DNA of 32,000 bases from Candidatus Nanobsidianus stetteri (GTDB taxonomy: Archaea; Nanobdellota; Nanobdellia; Nanobdellales; Nanobdellaceae): NCBI GenBank assembly GCA_000387965.1, contig APJZ01000004.1, positions 6,136 to 38,135 on the forward strand. The letters run 5' to 3'. The notes beneath the pieces were generated by a model. It ran no database searches. It worked only from the letters and a program-made list of their open reading frames with translations, and had not been told where the DNA came from. The translations under genes were made by a program, and so were the position numbers. Positions 25,596-32,000 of this stretch are shown here, piece by piece. Each line of letters opens with the position of its first letter. Position 1 is the first letter of the stretch.

Positions 25596-25625
25596 ATTAA
25601 AAATATTTTTAAATAATTTTATAAA

Positions 25626-25674
25626 TCAGTAGACCGACAACTCATCATTTTTCAGATTTTTAGATTCTCATCAT
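25626..25674 (-). ncRNA. C/D box sRNA (2'-O-methylation guide)
   Basis: The reverse strand reads AUGAUGA (C, 25668-25674), GAAUCUAAAAAU (12 nt), CUGA (D', 25652-25655), AAA, AUGAUGA (C', 25642-25648), GUUGUCGGUCUA (12 nt), CUGA (D, 25626-25629). All four boxes match consensus and both spacers are exactly 12 nt. It is intergenic. The true ends probably extend a few nt beyond the boxes. Confidence 0.8.
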
Positions 25675-25714
25675 AAAAGATAAATATATTAAAATTTTTA
25701 AATAAATATATTTT

Positions 25715-26221
25715 ATGGAAATATTGGATATAAAAATACCTGACAATGCAATAAAAGTAAATATATATTCAAGTTCCTTTAGAGATTTGGAAAAAATACC
25801 AAAGGATTATACATGTGAAGGAAAAAATATATCATTTCCAATAGTAATTGAAGAAATACCAAATAATACAAAAAGCATGTTATTATTTGTAGAAGATCCA
25901 GATGCACCTGGGGGTATATTTAGACATTGGATTGCATATATAAATAAACCAATAAAAAGTATACCTCCAGGAATTAAAAAGGAAAGAATTGTTAAAATAG
26001 ATGATGTACAAATTATTCAGGGTAAAAATGATTTTGGAAAAATTGGATATGATGGTCCATGTCCTCCAAAAGGTCATGGTAAACATAGATATTATACAAT
26101 AATATTATTTCTAAATAAAGAATTATATATAGACGGGTGGTTCTTTGAAGATTTTATTAGATATGTAAAGGAAGAAAATATTGTTGGATATGGATATTTT
26201 ATAGGAATATATGAAAGATAA
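25715..26221 (+). CDS. phosphatidylethanolamine-binding protein family (YbhB/YbcL-type)
   Basis: VEDPDAPGGIFRHW and GYDGPCPPKGHGKHRYYTIILFL are the PEBP signature motifs. Confidence 0.9.
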   Translation: MEILDIKIPDNAIKVNIYSSSFRDLEKIPKDYTCEGKNISFPIVIEEIPNNTKSMLLFVEDPDAPGGIFRHWIAYINKPIKSIPPGIKKERIVKIDDVQIIQGKNDFGKIGYDGPCPPKGHGKHRYYTIILFLNKELYIDGWFFEDFIRYVKEENIVGYGYFIGIYER

Positions 26222-26252
26222 TTTTTTCAATATTTTTATCATTTAAACTAAT

Positions 26253-26645
26253 ATGGAAAATGATCAAATATCAAAAGAACAAATTAATGATATAATAAAA
26301 GAATTATGGAATAAAGGATATACACCATCACAAATTGGAAGAGAGTTAAAGGAAAAATATGGTATAAAGGTTAAAGAAATATTAAACAAAAAATTGGTAA
26401 AATATGCAATAAAAGAATTAAATTTAAAGTTAGAAATACCAGAAGATCTATTATATTTATTTAAAAAAATAAATAGAATGTTGAAACATTTAGAATTACA
26501 TAGAAAGGATATTGTAACAAAGAAAAAATTGGAAGAACTTGAAAGTAGGGTAAAAAGTTTAATAAAATACTATAAGAAAAATAAAAAATTACCACAAACA
26601 TTCGAATATAGTAGAGATATTGCCAAGATGTATGGATATTCATGA
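26253..26645 (+). CDS. rps15: ribosomal protein uS15 (S15P/S13e)
   Basis: The archaeal uS15 N-terminal domain (GYTPSQIGRELKEKYGI) plus the S15 core (HLELHRKDIVTKKKLEELESRVKSLIKYYKK). The stop overlaps the start of the next gene (ATGA). Confidence 0.9.
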   Translation: MENDQISKEQINDIIKELWNKGYTPSQIGRELKEKYGIKVKEILNKKLVKYAIKELNLKLEIPEDLLYLFKKINRMLKHLELHRKDIVTKKKLEELESRVKSLIKYYKKNKKLPQTFEYSRDIAKMYGYS

Positions 26646-28024
26646 ACAATAGATTTTTATCCTATATAGAAGAAATATCTAATAGAATAAATAAGTCAAT
26701 AGAAAATAATCAAAATTTTTTAATTATATCTTCATTAAATCCCGATGGTATATCTTCGTCAATATTTTTATTAAAATATTTATATGAAAAAAATTCTGAA
26801 GTTCATCTGACATTTTTAGATTATATAAGTAAAAAAGAAATTAATAATTTGTTTCTAGGTGAGAGTGGTTATGAATATGATAACATAATATTTTTAGATA
26901 CTGGATCTATATTTTCAGATGATATAATAAAATTGAACAAGGATTTAAATAAAAAGATATATATAATAGATCATCATTTTTTAACAATAAAAGATATTGA
27001 ATTAAATAATGTTGTAAATCTTAATCCAAATATTTTTAATTTGGATGGTTATAAAGAACTATCTACATCGAATATATTATATTATTTATATCAAAGTTTA
27101 AATCCATACGATAAAAATATTCTATATTTATCATTAATTGGAAATTTATATGATTTTAATAAACTAAATAATGAAATACTAAATGAATTAATTGATAGAG
27201 AAATATTATCAAAATATACTGGAATAAATCTTCCAGGTATATTTACAAAACCTTTATATAAAGTATTAAGCTCTCCATTTAATTTTTATATTCCAAACAT
27301 TACTGGAAGTGATGAAAAGGCTTTGGAACTAGTAAAAGAATTAAATATAAAAGATAAAGGAACTGCTGGTATATTTTATAGAGATTTATTTGAAGAAGAT
27401 ATTAAAAAAATAGTTAGTAATATAATAAAATTAAAGTTAAAGTATAATTTACAAAGAACGGATGATTTAATAGGTGAAATATATAAAATTAATAAGAGCG
27501 AAGAAATTGGAGATTTATTAGAATTATTATATAATATTGAAGGATTAATTGAAAATAATAAAATAGAAGGGATATTATATTTCATTAAAAAGTATAATAT
27601 TGATATTTTAAGAGAGTCTGAAAATAATTTAAGATTACAATTTTCAAAATTATTATATGATATAATAAATAATAATGTACAGATAAAAGATGAAAATGGG
27701 TTAAAAATAATAACAATTGAGAAAAATTATGGAAAAGGATATTTTTTATCTTTATTATTAAATCTTCTAATTAGAGAAAATATAATAAATGGAAAGGTTA
27801 TTATTTTATTATATAAAGTAAATAATTTTTATAGAGGTATAATTAAGACAAATAAAGATGAAAATAAAAAATTAATAAATAATATATTGAAAAAGTTATT
27901 CGATAATAATATAATTTATTATTCTAGTTTTGACAATTTTGGTGGTTTTTTATTAGATATAAATAATTATGAGGAATTTATTAAAAAATTAAAAATAAAT
28001 TTAAGACAGGAGAATATTATATAA
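26642..28024 (+). CDS. DHH-family RecJ/Cdc45-like protein with partly degenerate catalytic motifs
   Basis: Motif I is NPDG instead of DxDG (IISSLNPDGISSS). Motif II FLDTG and motif III IIDHHF are retained. The DHHA1 GGGH position reads GGF (FDNFGGFLLD). It is translationally coupled to uS15. Confidence 0.65.
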   Translation: MNNRFLSYIEEISNRINKSIENNQNFLIISSLNPDGISSSIFLLKYLYEKNSEVHLTFLDYISKKEINNLFLGESGYEYDNIIFLDTGSIFSDDIIKLNKDLNKKIYIIDHHFLTIKDIELNNVVNLNPNIFNLDGYKELSTSNILYYLYQSLNPYDKNILYLSLIGNLYDFNKLNNEILNELIDREILSKYTGINLPGIFTKPLYKVLSSPFNFYIPNITGSDEKALELVKELNIKDKGTAGIFYRDLFEEDIKKIVSNIIKLKLKYNLQRTDDLIGEIYKINKSEEIGDLLELLYNIEGLIENNKIEGILYFIKKYNIDILRESENNLRLQFSKLLYDIINNNVQIKDENGLKIITIEKNYGKGYFLSLLLNLLIRENIINGKVIILLYKVNNFYRGIIKTNKDENKKLINNILKKLFDNNIIYYSSFDNFGGFLLDINNYEEFIKKLKINLRQENII

Positions 28025-28577
28025 TTTTCTTTTCCTTTAATCTATAAAATCCCTTCTTTAATATTTTTCTAATTATATATCTTTTATTTAATCCACCCAA
28101 TTTAATTGCAGCCTTTCTTAAACTCCCACTTTCAATTAATATATTTAATAGTTTTCTTTCCTTTTCATTCAATTTTTCATCATATTTTAATATTAATTTT
28201 GCTAATTCGATTAAATCAATCTTTTTCCCACCCCATGCAAATTCCTCAGAAGATATATTATTTATTATTTCTATAGGTTCAAATTCTATAATTGCAACCT
28301 CTCTATTTAAATCTAATCTTTTATATATTCTTTTTAAATCATTTATTAATTCTTCTTTATTATTATAACCATCCCTTTTTGCCTCTTCATCCGTTATTTG
28401 ATATAGTTTTTTTGTATATATATTTTTTACCCTAAATTTTCCGATTACTTTTCCTCCAGCATGTAAAATAAAAATATCTCCAGGTTTTAAATTCCCCTTT
28501 GATAATCTTATGGTTAAATTTTTATTTCCCTTTATTATATCATCTACATATTTTCCTAAAAATTGCAAATGCTTCAT
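28017..28577 (-). CDS. ASCH (PUA-like) domain protein fused to a C-terminal helix-turn-helix
   Basis: The N-terminal half (FLGKYVDDIIKGNKNLTIRLSKGNLKPGDIFILHAGGKVIGKFRVKNIY...ITDEEAKRDGY) has the ASCH pattern. The C-terminal LNEKERKLLNILIESGSLRKAAIKLGGLNKRYIIRKILKKG looks like a LuxR/sigma-r4-type HTH. Confidence 0.55.
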   Translation of the reverse strand: MKHLQFLGKYVDDIIKGNKNLTIRLSKGNLKPGDIFILHAGGKVIGKFRVKNIYTKKLYQITDEEAKRDGYNNKEELINDLKRIYKRLDLNREVAIIEFEPIEIINNISSEEFAWGGKKIDLIELAKLILKYDEKLNEKERKLLNILIESGSLRKAAIKLGGLNKRYIIRKILKKGFYRLKEKKII

Positions 28578-29188
28578 TAACCTTCAATTGGCGATGGTTG
28601 TATAGATAATCCCTCTACTTTATATACAGAGGCTTTACCATACTTAAATGCCCCATATACCATAAATACTGCGATTAATACTGCAGCAATTATTATTAAA
28701 ACAAATATCCCCTGTGAATTTCTATCTTCATTACCAAATTGATCTTTTAATATATTGAATGCTGTAGAAAATCCTTCTATATAAGTATATATATCCCAAA
28801 TAACAGCAATACTATTATATATTGCAATAAATATATCAAAAAAGCTTTTTGTTTTTGATGCAACAATTATGCTATTTACAGTTATAACAATTCCAAACAA
28901 TATTATTAAAAATCCAAATACTAAAAATGAGAATGAAAGGACTCCTAATAATGTATATATATCAATATATCCTAAATAATATGCTACAATTGATAATAAT
29001 GATGCATTACCATATGCTGCACCTGCAAATGATAATATTAACGTAGAATATGCAACCATTCTTGGCCAATCACTCTCTATATTATTTAATTTCATATATT
29101 CCAAAGCTTTTCCAGCATTATATGCATTCCATATAGATATTAATATATCAAATATTACAATCAATATATATAATATATCTATACCCAT
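28577..29188 (-). CDS. integral membrane protein (five or six TM helices), function unknown
   Basis: 203-aa hydrophobic ORF. Its stop overlaps the start of the ASCH-HTH gene (TTAATG on the reverse strand), indicating co-transcription. Confidence 0.6.
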   Translation of the reverse strand: MGIDILYILIVIFDILISIWNAYNAGKALEYMKLNNIESDWPRMVAYSTLILSFAGAAYGNASLLSIVAYYLGYIDIYTLLGVLSFSFLVFGFLIILFGIVITVNSIIVASKTKSFFDIFIAIYNSIAVIWDIYTYIEGFSTAFNILKDQFGNEDRNSQGIFVLIIIAAVLIAVFMVYGAFKYGKASVYKVEGLSIQPSPIEG

Positions 29189-29256
29189 AATCTTTATTCT
29201 AGAATTTATATTTAAAAATTAATATTTTAATATTTCAAGATTTTTTACTTATTATA

Positions 29257-29904
29257 ATGATAGATATAGCAACATTGTTTCAAGCATTCTCAACAATATT
29301 TATATCTACACTTACAAATGTAGAAATTATATGGATTACATATCCAGTTTATATAACATGGTTTGCAATGGAATTCTTAGTAGAAAGAAAAGAATTTAAG
29401 TATTCACACTCATTAGCGAATAGTATTATATTTTCATGGGTTTCCATAGATTGGTTAAGGCATCTATACTTAAATAATGAACTTAGCGATTATAATAAAT
29501 TACTTATAACACTATTTTTCTTATTTTTATCCCTATTTATATTAATAGCATCTATAAAAAGAAAAAAGATTGCAAAACTACTCGGAAAAACTGGATTTTT
29601 TTCTTATTTTCAGATTATGTTTACACCATTTATATATGGAGCAATAGAATTTAATTATATAAATTTTCTTTCTGTAATAATTTTCTTTCCATTAATATAT
29701 ATGGTAGTATATGTAATAGATAAATTGTTACCAGAATTCATTGAAGAAGAAGAGAAAAAATTTGAAGAAGAAAATGAAGAAGATATTAATAATTTTGCTG
29801 AAAGTAATTTACAATATAATCAACAAAACTATAGTAATTATTATAATTATTATAGATACAATTATGGAAACTACTATGGAAATTATTATAGATATAGAAG
29901 ATAG
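29257..29904 (+). CDS. integral membrane protein with an acidic then Tyr/Asn/Arg-rich low-complexity C-terminal tail
   Basis: Five or six TM helices, then EFIEEEEKKFEEENEED, then NLQYNQQNYSNYYNYYRYNYGNYYGNYYRYRR. The stop TAG (29902-29904) overlaps the 3' end of tRNA-Thr. Confidence 0.6.
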   Translation: MIDIATLFQAFSTIFISTLTNVEIIWITYPVYITWFAMEFLVERKEFKYSHSLANSIIFSWVSIDWLRHLYLNNELSDYNKLLITLFFLFLSLFILIASIKRKKIAKLLGKTGFFSYFQIMFTPFIYGAIEFNYINFLSVIIFFPLIYMVVYVIDKLLPEFIEEEEKKFEEENEEDINNFAESNLQYNQQNYSNYYNYYRYNYGNYYGNYYRYRR

Positions 29905-29973
29905 CCCCGACCGGGATTTGAACCCGGGCCTGTGGATTACGAGTCCACCGCTCTACCGCTGAGCTATCGGGGC
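29903..29973 (-). tRNA. tRNA-Thr (anticodon CGU)
   Basis: The reverse complement is GCCCCGA-TA-GCTC-AGCGGTA-GAGC-G-GTGGA-CTCGTAA-TCCAC-AGGC-CCGGG-TTCAAAT-CCCGG-TCGGGGC-T. It forms a perfect cloverleaf with discriminator U and no encoded CCA. Confidence 0.9.
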
Positions 29974-30009
29974 CTATGCTTTTAAATATTATTATATTTT
30001 TAATATTAA

Positions 30010-31083
30010 ATGGATTTTTCAGATATAGCAAAAGAGATAAAAGATTCAAACGAAGAAATATTAATAGTAGCAGATTCTGATTTGGATGGAAAAATGGCAT
30101 TAAGTTTAATGAAAATAATATTAGAAAAATTAAATAAGAAGTATATGGAGTATTTTAGAATTACTGGAGAAAATAATTTGGATCTAATAAGAATATTGGA
30201 TGGAATAATATTTAATAAGAAAACAATAAATACAATAATATTTTTGGACACACCCATGGATGACAAATATTTAATTAATTTTTCCAAAAGGCATGAAAAA
30301 ATAAAAATAATATATTTGGATCATCATAAAAGAAGGGTTCCAAAAATTTTACCAAACAATTTAATATATTTTGATGTGAGGGCATTATTTAATTTAGAAA
30401 TATGCACAACTAGTATATCATATAGAATTGGAAAAATGATATTTGGTGATGAATTTTCAAAATATTCTTTATTAGCATCTATTGGAGCTATTGGAGATTT
30501 TATGTTGGAAAATGATAAAGAACTATTAAAAGACCTACTAAAAAATTACAAAGGATTTTATAATGGTAAATATTTTTACATTCCCTATATAATATATTTT
30601 TATTTATTTTTGATATCACATCCATATGAAATATCAAAAAATATTGATAAAGCATTAAATATTGAAGAGTTTATAAAAGAATTTGACTTAAAAAAATTGA
30701 AGAATAGAGCAATAAATTATTATGATGGATTAAAAAGTGCTAAGAAAATATATGAATCTGAAAAATTGTTAGTATTTAAAGCAAAGAAATCTTCGATTAT
30801 ATCTACAATTTTATCATCATTTTATCCTGAAAAAATAATATTGGTACTATCTTTAAGAGAAAAATTATTTGGAAGATTATTTAAGGGAAAACATAAAAGA
30901 TATAGTATATCTTTAAGGAACCAATCTGGAAAATATGATTTAGGGATATTGATGAAAGAATTTGCAAAAAAATATGGAATAAGTGGGGGAGGACATCCGA
31001 AGGCAGCTGGTGGATTAATATATGAAAAAGATATAGAAAATTTGATAAAATTTTTAGAAGAAAAAGCAAATGGAAAGAATTAG
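30010..31083 (+). CDS. DHH/DHHA1 phosphoesterase (RecJ-like / NrnA-like) with intact catalytic motifs
   Basis: Motif I ADSDLDG, motif II FLDTPMD, motif III YLDHHK, motif IV GAIGDF, and DHHA1 GGGHPKAAGG. Confidence 0.8.
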   Translation: MDFSDIAKEIKDSNEEILIVADSDLDGKMALSLMKIILEKLNKKYMEYFRITGENNLDLIRILDGIIFNKKTINTIIFLDTPMDDKYLINFSKRHEKIKIIYLDHHKRRVPKILPNNLIYFDVRALFNLEICTTSISYRIGKMIFGDEFSKYSLLASIGAIGDFMLENDKELLKDLLKNYKGFYNGKYFYIPYIIYFYLFLISHPYEISKNIDKALNIEEFIKEFDLKKLKNRAINYYDGLKSAKKIYESEKLLVFKAKKSSIISTILSSFYPEKIILVLSLREKLFGRLFKGKHKRYSISLRNQSGKYDLGILMKEFAKKYGISGGGHPKAAGGLIYEKDIENLIKFLEEKANGKN

Positions 31084-32000
31084 ATTTTATTTATATGCAA
31101 TAAAAAGGTTAATTAAGAAAATATTGAAGAAGATTCTATAAATTTTTATAACTCAAATCTAGAATTTGTTTTAAACTAATTTTACTTTTAATATAAATAA
31201 AAAATATTTATATTATTTTTAGTGTTTTAAGTTAAAAAATCTCCAATACAATTTAAAAATATTTTTATTGATTTTTTACTTCATTTTCTAAGATTACAGA
31301 ATTTAACATTTTATAACCAAAATAATTATATAAATCTCAAATTTTTCCTAACTTAAAGCTTCGTTGAAAATAAAAAGTTCGTCAAAAATACTGTTAATTA
31401 TCTATACTAAAACTATTTCTATTTATAGTACCTAAAACTTTTAAAATTCCATCAACATAACCTTTTATTGGATTGTAGATTTATCATAGTTCAGTTCAAG
31501 AAAATACTAATTAGTATCGATTATTCCACAATTCGGTGCTCTTTAACTTGTTGCATCTAAATCTCTATACAAAAAATACATAGTTTTGATAAAACTTAAT
31601 GCTATAATGAGAACTATTATCCATACTTTTGTATTAATTACATTACATTTATCTGATTTCATCCAATAATTTAATAACATATTACCATTAAAATCGTTAA
31701 ATCCTATATCAACAAAATCAGATCTTATTTTATCTTGTAGTATCAAAGATCTCCTATTTAGATTTACTAATATTTGATAATCTGTCAAGTTGTTTTGAAT
31801 TAAAATATTGTCTATGATAAAACTTATCTAATATCTATGCCAAAAATTCTTCCTATCATGAATCTAAATATTTTTTACTTTTTTCTATACTAACTGTAAG
31901 AGATCCTTTATATTTCAAATTAGATGAAGACCATAATATCGTATGATATTATTTAAATTATATGTTATTATTTATCTTGTTTGTATTATATGCATGTCGA

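Noticed and set aside
24666-27585. Track ORFs 24666-24899 (-), 25883-26086 (-), 26461-26649 (-) and 27376-27585 (-).
   Set aside because: They are antisense to the SecF-like, PEBP, uS15 and RecJ-like genes, all of which have strong motif support. The antisense products have no features.
29741-31069. Track ORFs 29741-29962 (+), 29786-30100 (-), 30006-30287 (-) and 30881-31069 (-).
   Set aside because: Two of them run straight through the tRNA-Thr gene. The others are antisense to the DHH/DHHA1 gene. The alternative frame at 29741 duplicates the tail of the membrane-protein gene in another frame.
31481-31494. Minus-strand CUGA-ACU-AUGAUAA, resembling the D'-loop-C' centre of a C/D sRNA.
   Set aside because: The positions 12 nt upstream and downstream do not contain a C box or a D box (TAATTAG and ATAA instead), and the C' itself is degenerate.
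31225-31540. Possible origin-recognition-box (ORB) elements, from (C/T)TCCA strings (CTCCAATACAA, TTCCATCAACA, TTCCACAATTC).
   Set aside because: None has the dyad TCCA...TGGA core or the G-string of known ORB or mini-ORB elements. They are not arranged as inverted pairs around an obvious unwinding element, and no orc1/cdc6 gene is visible in the window.
31543-31788. 81-codon ORF on the minus strand in the right-hand non-coding region.
   Set aside because: It initiates at TTG; the first in-frame ATG is far inside. There is no TATA box at the -26 spacing seen for real genes here, and the sequence is unrecognisable. It could be a remnant, but I do not call it a gene.
1-32000. CRISPR arrays, rRNA genes, IS elements or transposases, integrases and long repeats.
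   Set aside because: I saw no regularly spaced direct repeats, no GC-rich rRNA-like blocks, no transposase or integrase-like ORFs, and no duplicated tRNA 3' halves that would mark an integrated element.

Overview
This is a very AT-rich, gene-dense archaeal chromosome segment (roughly three quarters A+T by eye, not computed). About 35 protein genes sit on both strands with tiny or negative spacers.

Most content is housekeeping:
- Translation: seryl-tRNA synthetase; an eS26-pheT-pheS-nucleotidyltransferase-Bud32 operon; uS15; a candidate RNase P Rpp30 subunit; archease; a MiaB/MtaB-type methylthiotransferase.
- Metabolism: dPGM-type phosphoglycerate mutase; a fused gamma-alpha subunit of 2-oxoacid:ferredoxin oxidoreductase.
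- Other: PEBP; MscS; a SecF-like protein; two DHH/RecJ-family proteins; a pyrimidine-dimer glycosylase-family protein.

Two tRNA genes, Cys-GCA and Thr-CGU, are strikingly GC-rich against the AT-rich background. That pattern suggests a thermophile. The overall picture fits a reduced, possibly DPANN/Nanoarchaeota-like archaeon: archaeal PheRS and eS26, Sulfolobales-style surface-protein domains, scattered subunit genes and gene decay. That placement is inference only.

Features the ORF track does not explain:
1. A textbook C/D box sRNA in the archease/PEBP spacer.
2. A two-gene operon of very large Asn/Tyr/Ser-rich surface proteins with homologous N-terminal anchors and lectin-type (DUF2341/LamG-like) domains.
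3. Two adjacent genes with canonical twin-arginine signals.
4. An EamA-type transporter pseudogene.
5. A pair of 19-bp palindromes bracketing the TATA box of an AAA_14/DUF4143 ATPase gene.
6. A consistent leaderless promoter layout, including one TATA box shared by two divergent genes and interleaved divergent promoters.
7. A roughly 900-nt non-coding AT-rich stretch at the right edge.

Many long ORFs in the supplied track are antisense artefacts of the low GC content. No CRISPR array, rRNA gene or recognisable mobile element was seen.
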